Source of the DNA: a virus
Direction: 5' to 3' (one strand)
IMG/VR virus record: IMGVR_UViG_3300045125_000155
DNA: 64,000 bases
Shown: positions 41,939 through 52,564 of the stretch, one piece after another
Numbering within the stretch: position 1 is the stretch's first letter
How the letters are laid out: each line of letters begins with the position of its first letter
Position numbers and translations under genes: made by a program
Notes under the pieces: model-generated
Seen by the model: only the letters and a program-made list of their open reading frames with translations
Database searches by the model: none
What the model was told of the DNA's origin: nothing

Positions 41939-42283
41939 ATATATCTCCAAGCTGCAAACCTCGTGTGCCGCCTCAGCTACTACTCTTCGCTTCGTTCAGC
42001 CACGTTTGTGAATTTAGCTCCGAAAATTTAGTCGCGTTTCGGTTGTTGCTAATTCTGCCATCACTTTAACAGCTTCATCCGTCGCAGGCAAGCGTTTTTT
42101 CCTCGTTTTTGTCTAAGATTTATACGAAACCCAGTTTTTACGTTAAAAACGCCACTTTTATAATCAAAATTTTTGCCATAAAAGCTTTTTTCGCGCAAAA
42201 AGACAAAAATCCAACCCAAACAAAAACAAAAAGCCCCATAGCCGAAGCTACAGGGCTCTTTGCAACACCAATCACTACCTTCT

Positions 42284-42916
42284 TCAGTCTTCGCCGTCTT
42301 CAATCACCAACTTAGAGGGCAAACTCTGAACAGTCTTCATCACTTGTCTCACCCGATTCATGTTGATTGGCGTAATAGGAGATCCAGTAGGTATGTTCGT
42401 ACGCAAACGAATCAAAATCATACCCTCTTTGTCCTTCAAAACATCAATACATGCTCCTAACTGTGCCAACTTCAAGCCCCATGGATGAATTCCCCCAATC
42501 CTCTGCAAATATTCAACGTTGTACAAGAACCTTGGAAAGGCCTCCAAATGCGTATCCTCATTCCGAGGAGCTTTTGATGCAAATCGATCCCATGCCGTCA
42601 ACCCATTCTGCATCGTTCCTGGTTTACTCGCAATCTCGCGAAACTTCATAAACACATCACCAAGCGTATGACTCGCATTCTCTCCACATTCAATCAAACT
42701 ATTGATGATCATTCCATAGATACGGTTGGTTCCGTATGGATTCACAAACCTGCCAGTACTCTCAATCTGATTCAATAACCGAATTTGCTTCTTTTTTAAC
42801 AAATGATAACGCCTAATGCTCTTCTTACTGCCGTCTCGACCTACTACCACCTCACTTCTTTCTGCATTCTTGCAATTCGCATATGTTGCAACTTCACTAT
42901 ATACTGTTTTCTTCAT
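42284..42916 (-). CDS. Hypothetical protein
   Basis: 210-aa intact ORF. Confidence 0.75.
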   Translation of the reverse strand: MKKTVYSEVATYANCKNAERSEVVVGRDGSKKSIRRYHLLKKKQIRLLNQIESTGRFVNPYGTNRIYGMIINSLIECGENASHTLGDVFMKFREIASKPGTMQNGLTAWDRFASKAPRNEDTHLEAFPRFLYNVEYLQRIGGIHPWGLKLAQLGACIDVLKDKEGMILIRLRTNIPTGSPITPINMNRVRQVMKTVQSLPSKLVIEDGED

Positions 42917-43096
42917 GATACACCCCGTTTTCTTGTATCCAAACCAACTTGCCCTGTTATTATAAGCCGTTATCCGCCTTTTGCAACATCTTTTTTTCGC
43001 GCCAAAACGATTTTTTCACTCGTACGACATCCTCCTCACCCATTATATTCACCAAACCCACCCTCACCCATTATATTCAAGACGATATTCTACTGC

Positions 43097-43843
43097 ATGG
43101 ATGATCTCATTCCCCTTACAGATTTTGATCTGAGACAATTTCCTCAAGTCTCCGAAGATGAAAAGGCTGATTTCATTCTTTATACTAATAAATTTGAACG
43201 TATCAATTTCACAAAAGAAGCAATAGTCTCTGATCTTGTTCAACCGCATAAAGCACATCCAGGTACCGCTGGCCAATATCGTGCTCTAAACCTTATTCTC
43301 CAACTCGCAACTGACCCTCTCCTCGTTCCTATCAATAAACCTGTAACTCACAACCACTCTTTGATAAACAGTTTTCTTGGTTTAAACTATTGCAAAAGAA
43401 CATCTTATATGATTTCTATAGGCGTGGTGAAGAACTTAATAACTTTTTTGATTATCCACATATCAAAGATATTGGAGTCTATCAGAATCGAAGAGAAAGT
43501 TCTTGGTAGTCGTAAGATGCCAGAACCATCACAAATCAAAATACTTCTCTGCGATGCTTTTAACGAATATATCAACGTATACAAAACGTATGCTGAACAT
43601 CTCAACAATCCAAGAATGATGGAATTCAAAGATTGGAAGAAGCTAGAGACAGCTTGTTATAAACTTAATCTCAGAATTTGTTGTATCAAACCATTCAAAG
43701 ATGGTAGTAATCGTGTAGGACGACTTACTGAAAATCTTTTAAGACTCAACGTTGGACTCAAATTCAAAACTTTTGATGATTCAAAAGATCTTCTTGATGA
43801 TATCTGGAAACTTCAAGATTCTGGTTATCGTCGTAAAGATTAA
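43097..43843 (+). CDS. Fic/Doc-like protein with a degenerate active-site motif
   Basis: YTNKFERI N-terminal motif; IKPFKDGSNRVGRL versus canonical HPFxDGNGRxxR. Confidence 0.7.
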   Translation: MDDLIPLTDFDLRQFPQVSEDEKADFILYTNKFERINFTKEAIVSDLVQPHKAHPGTAGQYRALNLILQLATDPLLVPINKPVTHNHSLINSFLGLNYCKRTSYMISIGVVKNLITFLIIHISKILESIRIEEKVLGSRKMPEPSQIKILLCDAFNEYINVYKTYAEHLNNPRMMEFKDWKKLETACYKLNLRICCIKPFKDGSNRVGRLTENLLRLNVGLKFKTFDDSKDLLDDIWKLQDSGYRRKD

Positions 43844-44038
43844 CCAACGCCCTTGCGCAGTGCTACATCATCCATTTCTCTATTATTTTTTCGCAAATAA
43901 TCTTTTTCGCATAAAAAATATACTTCATCACAAAAATATTACACTAAACACCCATTATATTCATCATCAAAAAATCAGTTATAATATATTTATATATAAA
44001 TATATTATAAAAACCCTATTCAGTGTAACAATAAACTC

Positions 44039-44698
44039 TTATTTAATGTTTTTCATGGCACGATCAACATAACGAACGCCAGAACTCAACACACGAATAC
44101 TGTCTTGACCCAATAATTCAACAAGTTCCCTATTACGAGTTGTAACAATTAATTGATTGTCTCGCTCTAAACACTTGCGCAGTGCTACTTGTAACAGTAC
44201 TCTAGCATTTTCACTATCTAAACCTAAATCAAAATCATCAATCCACACAAGTGAATTCTTTATTTGATTATAATAGAAGTCTTGTAACAACATCGTGGTA
44301 AATGCCATGCCAATACTCGTGTTATTACTATCTAATGCGTTTATACGCATCTTTACATCATAGAATAAACAACCATCCGTTAGCTTGCGTGGCTCAATCA
44401 ACATACCACTAGCACTTGGTTTTTGTATCAATACGCCATCTTTGATGACGCCAACGTGTATTCCGCCTTGATATTCAAACTCTACAGTTGCTTGTATGTT
44501 CTTTGTAAACAAAGTTGGTTGATGATTGTCTTGCGCAGTGGACTGAAAGACGCGCAGTGCTACTTGCATGCACAAACTCTTGCCAACACCATTACCACCA
44601 ACAATAGCTAATGCTTGCAGTGGAACGCTTCCGCTATTCCTCGTATCAATCGTTATTCGCTGCTCGCCCGTACTGATCTCTAACTTGCGTAAACGCAC
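44039..44698 (-). CDS. ABC/AAA-type P-loop ATPase
   Basis: Walker A GGNGVGKS; Walker B LVWIDD followed by LGLD; QLIVTT strand. Confidence 0.75.
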   Translation of the reverse strand: MRLRKLEISTGEQRITIDTRNSGSVPLQALAIVGGNGVGKSLCMQVALRVFQSTAQDNHQPTLFTKNIQATVEFEYQGGIHVGVIKDGVLIQKPSASGMLIEPRKLTDGCLFYDVKMRINALDSNNTSIGMAFTTMLLQDFYYNQIKNSLVWIDDFDLGLDSENARVLLQVALRKCLERDNQLIVTTRNRELVELLGQDSIRVLSSGVRYVDRAMKNIK

Positions 44699-45019
44699 TC
44701 GTAACCTCGCTGGCCTTTGGCCGTCTGCCTACCCTTTTTCTCGATTCAGTGGGCCACTTACCCAGAAAACCATCACAGATGCACAACGTAACATCGACGT
44801 AATCGCGTTTAAATATCTGTTATTCTCACTTCAACATGCACTTGCGTCTATTTCATCATAAACAAGTTATAAACGTTTATAAACGATTTATTTTTGGGTC
44901 GCTGAATCGACGGTTGATAATAAATTCGTTTGTAGGTTCATTTGTGGATGAGTAAAAATATTAAATAATGTATGAAATGATATAAGATTTTTAGACGAGA
45001 GGCGAGGCTAAAGCACACA

Positions 45020-45104
45020 GTTATTTTAATATGTCAAAGTCATAAAGTATTTTAATATGTCAAATCGCAAGTTATTTTAAATATGTCAAAGCATCAAGTA
45101 TTTT
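45020..45104. repeat. Three AT-rich direct repeats GT(T)ATTTTAA(A)TATGTCAAA, about 26-bp period
   Basis: 45020-45038, 45046-45064, 45071-45090, partial at 45097; each contains TTGACA on the minus strand. Confidence 0.75.
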
Positions 45105-46749
45105 GCTTATCAACAAACGCGATTAAATTGTCTAATAGCTGATACGATGCAAACAGTGGTACAAACAGTGTAACAACGTTATTGGGAGCGTATAAGCAAG
45201 CTATAACGTCATATACCTGTATTTAGCGAAGCGTGTGAGTGACCACAAAGGCAAAAGTGGAGGTAGATAATCTAAGAAAATTTTAAATAAACAATTTATT
45301 TAATATTTTTACCAGCAATACTATTGTAGCATCTGAGACGGCAATAGGGTTAAGTATGGTATAAATGATTATGTTGAATAATATGTGTTGATGAGTGTAG
45401 GTAAGTGTAGCAAAGTGTGTGATGTATATAAAATTTTCTTTGTTATTGAAGTAAAAACGGCATTTAGTGAAAAAACTGATTCAGTGGAATTGGAAAAAGG
45501 AGCGCAGTGGAATTTTACAACATCAAAAAATGGCATTATAGAATAAAATGCCATAAACTAAAAATCTTACAGTGAGATAAGAATTAGATATGATTTTGGA
45601 TGAAGGCGATGAGTTGTTAGTGGGCAAGCACCAAGATCATGCATACTAGCAATTTGTCTTTGGAGCGAATCTGTGAGATTTATATCAACAAGAAGTTGGT
45701 TTGGAAGGTGATGGTTAAAGGAAGCATTTTTATAAGAAAAAGACACATCAAAATCTGACAGAACATGGTTAGTCGAATAGTGGGGTAAATTTGACGGTAA
45801 TAGGGTATTGGCAATCTATAAGAATTTTAACAAGATGACCAAGGGGGCAGAGGCAACAATCATCGAGTGAAGGTTCTTGAGCTTTGCTATTAGGGTTGTA
45901 GGTAGCAAGGTAACCATAACCAAAGTTCTCTTGATTCTTTACAAGACTTTCGAGGTATTTGTCTTAATAGGTTCAGGAAGTCTATTATCAGGATTGGGAA
46001 CAGGAATAGGGTTTGTATCAGTCATAGTATTTGTCTAAGTAATATATCGGATTAAGAAGATGATAGTAATAGTATTGACAAGATATATGTTCTTATGTAT
46101 CTTGGTATTGATTCAAATATGAGTATTGATTATATAAGTGATGGAGATACTAGTAGTGATGGAGATACTAGTAAAGTTATAGGTAATGGATTGTATCTAT
46201 TGTGGCTAATAATGTTGTTGAGAGTAAAGTTGTTGATAATAGTATTGTTGCGAATAGTATTATTGCGGAGTGGGATGCAATTTATTTTGCGCGAAAAATT
46301 GGTTTGTGCGAAAAAAAAGTTAGAATAGGAATATGTGAATCAATATCTAATATCAACATTACGAAGGGTGGTACCCTTACTGATCTTTAGAAACGATATC
46401 AGAAACGGCATTTTGAAGATTATCTTGGGACGAACCAGGATTAGCACTAAGGGTGACATTGAGTGGCAATCTATTCCAGCCATTAAGGGTAACGAGGATC
46501 CAATTGCATATTCATGGAGGCGATACAAGCTGGGAAGTAAGGATGACCACCGATTTTATAGAAAAGGTGTTCACCAAAGAGTGTAGAAGCTTCATGAAGG
46601 CTAGCTCTATTAGATTTAGCTGTGAGGGAGCCTACGAATTTCTTACCATCGAATGCCATGAAAGTATAAGTAAAGAGATTACCATTCTTTTTGGGACATT
46701 TCTTCTATTTTTTCTTGCATAATCTGGGTCAGCCATTTTATGTTGAGTC

Positions 46750-47019
46750 TTAGGTTTTTCTTGGGGTGTTTGCTTTTTGGGTTGGTCTTTGGGTTGATTT
46801 TGATTTTGCGAAATTTTTAAGTACTTCATAAGCATTATTAAGTTTGCTCATTTGGGCGGCATCACCAGTAGGTTTATCTGGATGGTATTGAAGTGCAAGA
46901 TCACGGTATCGTTGACGAAGTTGATCTTGAGAGGGTTTTGCTAGAATATCGAGACCAAAGACTTGAAGGGCTTCGGTACGAGACATTTGTTGACGAGCTG
47001 CTTGCGTGTACCAAGACAT
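46750..47019 (-). CDS. J-domain (DnaJ-like) protein
   Basis: RQRYRDLALQYHPDK...MSKLNNAYEVLK with the HPD motif. Confidence 0.85.
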   Translation of the reverse strand: MSWYTQAARQQMSRTEALQVFGLDILAKPSQDQLRQRYRDLALQYHPDKPTGDAAQMSKLNNAYEVLKNFAKSKSTQRPTQKANTPRKT

Positions 47020-47033
47020 AAGTGAGACTTCCA

Positions 47034-47837
47034 TCAAGCCAATCTAACAATAGATTTGGCTATACGTTGAATTGTTTGTTTGGGTATTGATTCAGGCTGA
47101 TAGATTCGCCATTCAGTTTCAGTAGGAAGATACGTATATTTATCTTTCATTTCTTGGGGATTGATATTAATATTATCAGTCCAACGTTTAGGTTGCGTTT
47201 CTATTTTGAGTATTGCAACATCATGAACATTAACTTTTTTGAGACGATCAAGAAGTTCATTGCTATCAACAAAGAGTGGAAACGTGGATTTATGGAAGAA
47301 GCTAGAGACGAGGAATCTAAGTAACAGATATTGAAGAGACGAGCTTTCTAGGTTTCTAGAAGACGTATAAGTTTGCACATCACGTTTTGCTTGATCTATC
47401 AGATATGAACGAGCAGAATCTGATATTTGGTAATATTGGCAGAAGTAATCAAGATCATGCCAAGTAAGTTGTTCATGAGCTATTTTAGCAACATCTTTGA
47501 GTGCATGATGATAGAGTTTAGCATTTTCGAGGCTTGTGAAGCTAGAGTAACCACCACGATCACCGCTACCAAAGGTTTGATCAACAAGATTCGTTTTGAA
47601 ACCTTCTTCGAGTATTTTGTGTGGATAGGGCGTTACATGGTAAAGTGTTTTAGGAAGGGGCATCGGAGGCGAGTGGTAACCTTTTTGGGATATCCAAAAG
47701 TCAGGTTTATAGGCAACTGGGCCATGGTGTTCTCCGAATTCTTGTTTATAGCCAATAGATTGTGGGTCAGCGATAGTATCCTCATCAGGATTACTAGCTT
47801 GTATGAATTTATTTTGGATATTTCGATACCAAGTCAT
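47034..47837 (-). CDS. Putative ADP-ribosyltransferase-fold protein
   Basis: LYHVT..ILEEGFK, YSSFTS and ETEWRIYQPESIP resemble ART motifs. Confidence 0.55.
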   Translation of the reverse strand: MTWYRNIQNKFIQASNPDEDTIADPQSIGYKQEFGEHHGPVAYKPDFWISQKGYHSPPMPLPKTLYHVTPYPHKILEEGFKTNLVDQTFGSGDRGGYSSFTSLENAKLYHHALKDVAKIAHEQLTWHDLDYFCQYYQISDSARSYLIDQAKRDVQTYTSSRNLESSSLQYLLLRFLVSSFFHKSTFPLFVDSNELLDRLKKVNVHDVAILKIETQPKRWTDNININPQEMKDKYTYLPTETEWRIYQPESIPKQTIQRIAKSIVRLA

Positions 47838-47955
47838 ATATTATATAGAAAGAAAAAAACACATGTTAAAGATACATGTGTTTGATTCGGATATCCTTTG
47901 TGATATTGGTATTTAGGGGTATGCGAAGTTTATTTTGCGAAAAAAAGAAAGAGTA

Positions 47956-48285
47956 TTAGGGATTAGGAAGGCAAAAATTATGGTTAAGGAAGCCAGTAAG
48001 AACACCAAAAGATTGAGAAGGGAATTGTTGATCTTGTGGTTGGTCATAGACAAGAGTGTAGTAGAGGTTTACAACATTAGAATGTATTTGGCGGATAGCA
48101 TCATCATAATCTTTAGCAACTGCAAGTTTACCAAGAATTTGGTGAATAACATGATAATGGAGGTCATCTAGAAGATGAACTTCAAGATGAAGTGGCGTAG
48201 TGCTCATGACACTACAATTTTGATGAGTGAACATTGTAGGTGGAATTTCAATTTGTTCAATCATAAGTGAAGGGTGATGATACAT
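47956..48285 (-). CDS. Hypothetical protein, paralog of 48324..48650
   Basis: LEVHLLDDLHYHVIHQILGKLAVAKDY. Confidence 0.65.
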   Translation of the reverse strand: MYHHPSLMIEQIEIPPTMFTHQNCSVMSTTPLHLEVHLLDDLHYHVIHQILGKLAVAKDYDDAIRQIHSNVVNLYYTLVYDQPQDQQFPSQSFGVLTGFLNHNFCLPNP

Positions 48286-48323
48286 AATATTGGTTCAGAT
48301 TATCTGATTTTTTGCGCGAAAAA

Positions 48324-48650
48324 TTAATCGAGTTTATTTTCTGGTCTTGTGAGGGTAAAATGTTTTTTAAGGAATGCAAAGATTGCGATATTAGAAGTAG
48401 AAACAGAGAGTTGTTGATTATGAGGACGTTCTACGAAATGAACATATATATTGAATAGAAAAGCCGTCAAGAGATTGATGAAATCTTGATAATCACGAGC
48501 AGCGGCAACTTTACCAAGAACATCATGAAAAACGTGCCAATTACAGTCTTCGAGTAGTTGGACTTTTAATTGAAGTTCAACATTGCAATCAAGTGTATGA
48601 TCAAGCATTTTGAACGAATAAGGCTTGAGTATAAAGATATCACTTTGCAT
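48324..48650 (-). CDS. Hypothetical protein, paralog of 47956..48285
   Basis: LKVQLLEDCNWHVFHDVLGKVAAARDY. Confidence 0.65.
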   Translation of the reverse strand: MQSDIFILKPYSFKMLDHTLDCNVELQLKVQLLEDCNWHVFHDVLGKVAAARDYQDFINLLTAFLFNIYVHFVERPHNQQLSVSTSNIAIFAFLKKHFTLTRPENKLD

Positions 48651-49594
48651 AAGATTATACGAGGTACAGATTAGAGAAAATGATCATAACATTTGTTTGA
48701 ACAATTGCGCGCAAGTTATGTTTAAGTTTTTGTTCAGCATGATTCGAGGAAATCATCAGGTTCATGCTAGCAAGAGAAACCCAAAGATCAAGAATAGTTT
48801 CTTCTATTTTGTGAGGCAGATCATCTTTGAAAATCGAGAAGGCGACTATCTCCTAAAGTTTCGTGTTTAGCAATCCAAAAATCAAGATCTGGATCAAACT
48901 CAAGATCAACAACAAAGATCTTCTTCGCAGATAAGTCTTGTATTGTCGTTTTCAAATTTATCAAATGAAAATTGATTTGCGTTAGTCATAACTATTGTTT
49001 GTATTTTTGTATGAGGATAAAGTTTTTTTCCGCGAAAAGTAAAAACTTACAAAAAACGAATTCGAAGGATTCGTAGGTAAAAAAAGATCATCAAGAAACG
49101 ATGACTTCTAAAGGACAATCTTGTCGTTTATTGTCAAAAGAATCGCTATTTGATTCTTGATCAGACTGGTTATAGAGAGCCAAGAGCAACAGCTTCGCAA
49201 TCATCAGGATTTTGAAAGACTGCTATGATTTTACCATCTTTGTCACACAAGCAAGTACCAAGTGCAAAAACTTCCATTTGGATCTCCATGAAGAGGTGAA
49301 GGCGAGAGCAAATGATAGGCCAGTTTTCAATCACTCGTAGGACGATTGCTGGTCAACGTTGAATTTTCTTCGATGAAGTGGGGTAACTGAGCTGGCGTCA
49401 GGAAGCTTTTTGCAATTGCACTTGTTGCCAATATTCGTAGGCGATGAATGAGCCCCAAAGAGAGAAGAGGAGCATTACCAAAAAGATAACAAACCAGAAC
49501 TTTTGAGAAAAAATGTCGTTGATGCTGAATTTTCCAGTAATCATTGAATTCTTTTTCTGTGCAATAAACCACATGATTTGGGTGAGTTGAGTGA

Positions 49595-49879
49595 TTACTT
49601 GACATTTGATTCCTCTTTAGCTGAATGAAAGAAGTCAAACTTATTAGGCAAGGCGTAGTCAGCACCAAGCTTAAGTAAGCGAACAGCGGCAATCAGAACG
49701 AGAACTTGCATTGCCAGAGCGACGGTGTAGATCAGGACATAAACAAAGACAGGCGAATCGCTTACTTTATTTTTGGCAAGATAAGAAAATCCGCTGTTTG
49801 CGATGAGGCTTCCAAGCAAGAAAACGGCAAGAGCTAGAAAACCAGCACCTACAAAGCCAAGAAGTTTGAGTAAAGGCAC
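49595..49879 (-). CDS. Membrane protein fragment (frameshifted at the 5' end)
   Basis: Two or more hydrophobic helices. Confidence 0.5.
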   Translation of the reverse strand: MPLLKLLGFVGAGFLALAVFLLGSLIANSGFSYLAKNKVSDSPVFVYVLIYTVALAMQVLVLIAAVRLLKLGADYALPNKFDFFHSAKEESNVK

Positions 49880-51085
49880 ATAGAATGGAGCAACGATAAT
49901 AGCAAGGCAACCATAGGAGCGTCACGAAAATTACGGCTATCTTGATTAGAAGAAAATTGTATTTCTGATTTTGGATTTCATTATCTTTCATGGTAGCATT
50001 CTCTGCGTCAAGAGTATGTGGCAAAATATTCTGGATTACGGTTAAGTGCTCGATCTGATTTTACGTTGCCATTCAGCGAATACAGGCAAATGTTCAATAG
50101 TTATTTTGGGCAAATGATTATTATTTGCAAATATTTTGGGTATGCGATGATCATTGCCAATAGCTTCTTCTAGAGGCTCAGTCCAGCCATGAGCCATGAA
50201 GCTATGTATTTCGCAAATATCACCGCAAAAAGGCCCTCAGGATTTTCTTCTGAAAAACCAGAAGGCGTGACAGACTGAAAAAGAACACCGCTAAAAGTGT
50301 GATTTAGGGTCATCCCAAATCTCAGCAATGAGTTGTGGATTTTCTTTAAAGAAATTGATAACGCGATCGTATATGTCCATGATTATTATTCCAGAGTATA
50401 TTAGGCGTTTTCCTGAGTAGCGGTCTGCGTTTCGGCTGCATCACTGATTTCATGACCAGTGAGACGAAGGAAAGCAGCAATCTTGTCAAAGCGATCTTGG
50501 TTCATGCCACCAACGGGGCTTTCAGGATTTTTGAAGTATTTACGAGCAAACGTTTTCTGCTGATTCCACCAACGCATCGCTTTCTGTTCATCATCATTTT
50601 CGGATTTGTAGCTAAAAAGTTTGCCAGTAGTCTTGTACTGATCAACAATTTTGTTATAGAAGTTGTTCCAAATACCGCTTCTTTCAAGATCATTATTCTG
50701 GTTTATAAGATCTTCAACAGCGGCTTTGCGATCATCTTCAAGTTTGCCATTTTTGAGGAGAAACTTTTGACGGCTCCACCATTGAGCAAGGCTTTTTCGG
50801 AAGCATTGTCACTAGTAGTAGATGGATAACGGCTATTGGTTTTTATGAAAACAGCGACAGCATTGAGGTGAGACAACCACTTTTCCATGAATCAAATTCC
50901 TTAGTAGGAGTTTTGGGGGAAAGAGAAAACTTTGGTAAAAGTCTTTTCGACGCACCAAGGATAGCTTGATTGAAAATCACTTATACGACGAAAAGAAAAA
51001 AGACGTTGTGCAAAAACTTTTAAAAAGGTATATCATCAAAATCTTTGTTTTGGGGTCTTTTGCTCGGAGGCTTTTGATTCTTCGG

Positions 51086-52564
51086 TTATTTTTCTTCTGA
51101 ATTGTAATAGTTCATGATATTATTTTCGCATAAAGATAATTTAATTCTATGATACCAGCCATATGCCTGCGTAGCATTTGGTTTTTGTTGTCTTATTTTA
51201 TAGACTTTAGCTCTGAAGATTGGATCATTTTGTAATTCATCAGAAGCATACCGTATTGCATCACCATCTTGTTTTACAGCTTCAAGTACAATATCTTTAT
51301 CATTTTTAAGCTGTTCAGAAGCATAATAAAGTGCATAATCATTTTGTTTTACAGCTTCAAGTACAACATCTTTATCATTTTTAAGTTGGTCAGAAGCAAA
51401 GTCAAGTTGCAAAACCATTTTGTTTTACAGCTTCAAGTACAATATCTTTATCATTTTTAAGCTGTTCAGAAGCATAATAAAGTGCAAGACCATTTTGTTT
51501 CACAGCCTCAAGTACAATATCTTTATCATTTTTAAGCTGTTCAGAAGCATACCGTATTGCATCACCATCTTGTTTTACAGCTTCAAGTACAACTTGTTTA
51601 TCATTTCTAAATTGTTTAGAAGCAAATTGAAGTTCCAAGCCATTTTGTTTTACAGCTTCAAGTACAAAAGCACGATTATTTCTTAATTCTTCAGAAGCCC
51701 ATTCCATAACGTGTCTTTTGGCCGCCAAGAGATATTTATCAATATTCAAACCTTGTGGCAATTCTGCAAGTTTTTTATTCTGCGTATCTTGTAATTCATC
51801 TAAATTAGGCGTAAATTGTGCAATCAAATTGCCTGATCTTGTGATTGTATAAATTGTACCATATTTTTCAATATAATCTTCTGCTCTAGACGCTAATTGC
51901 CCTTCGTATTTATAATCTCTTCTTGTGCACCAACGTGTTCCTAAACCAATTTGTTTTAGACTTTCAACATCAGTCACTTTCCAAATTTGATAACCATTCA
52001 TGCTGTCATCAAGTGTTACTCCTTCTAGTTTCCTTGGATCTACTTTACACTTAACAGCATTAGGATCAAAACCCGTAAATCTGTTCATTTCTTGTATCCA
52101 AGTTGCATAATTATTAAATGAATTTATATCTTTCTCAATTGGAACTTCGCTTTTCTTCAATTTTTCATATGTTCCTATATTTTCTTGTAATGTTGGTAAA
52201 TCGTGAGGAAAAACTTCCTTTGCCAATAATATCTTGATTATAAATGAATGATAAGACTGATCTATTGATGCAAAGAATTTTTGCATTTGCTCTTCATTCT
52301 GACCATCTTCAACGAATATCTTAAGTAATTTGTCTTGTGGTAATTTTTGTGGGTTTTGTGTTGGTAAATTACCTGCAGGCAATCTATTTATTTTTGTACG
52401 AGTTCATCTTCAGAAAGACCAGGATTATCGCTGATGATCTTTCCAACAGCTTTGTGTACGTTCTTTGGTTTCGAAAGCACCAAGGATACAAGATTTTCTG
52501 AATAACCTTGTTGTCTAAGGAAATTCTCTATTTGAGCAAATTTATTGAGATGAAAGTATTGCAT
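51086..52564 (-). CDS. DUF4116 repeat-containing protein (indels near 52385 and 51410)
   Basis: Repeated VLEAVKQNG.AL.YASE.LKNDK units; LGLGTRWCT-like motif upstream. Confidence 0.8.

Larger units (their letters stand above)
1491..42035 (-). promoter_or_regulatory. Dispersed gene-junction motif GGACTAAA(A/G/C)TTTC (plus strand GAAA[C/G/T]TTTAGTCC), about 55 copies; putative phage promoter
   Basis: Examples (plus-strand G) at 2024, 2926, 3605, 4429, 5467, 5802, 10687, 11460, 12027, 14807, 16968, 17683, 20082, 22663, 23622, 24553, 25015, 26743, 27470, 34178, 35344, 37902 and 41269; single orientation; fixed 18-nt gap to many ATGs. Confidence 0.85.
1389..43959 (-). promoter_or_regulatory. Dispersed TATAATGGGTG motif family (plus strand CACCCATTATA), often in clusters of 2-3
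   Basis: Copies at 1389, 3048, 3080, 4514, 4540, 4561, 7018, 7047, 7083, 13744, 13784, 15347, 37956, 43037, 43065 and 43949; inverted copies at 1415 and 3101; essentially confined to gaps between gene blocks. Confidence 0.75.

Noticed and set aside
1485-42000. Numerous plus-strand ORFs (e.g. 23151..24122, 24652..25593, 30760..31569)
   Set aside because: Antisense shadows of well-supported minus-strand genes, with no RBS, motif or domain signal
1491-42035. Junction motif as an integron attC site
   Set aside because: It is too short, lacks the R''/R' inverted-repeat hairpin and GTTRRRY core, and no integrase is present in the window
46139-46172. GATGGAGATACTAGTA tandem duplication
   Set aside because: Only two copies in low-complexity AT-rich DNA, with no further evidence of function
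51250-51720. Regular nucleotide repeats as a second CRISPR-like array
   Set aside because: They are in-frame codon repeats of the DUF4116 protein with no unique spacers
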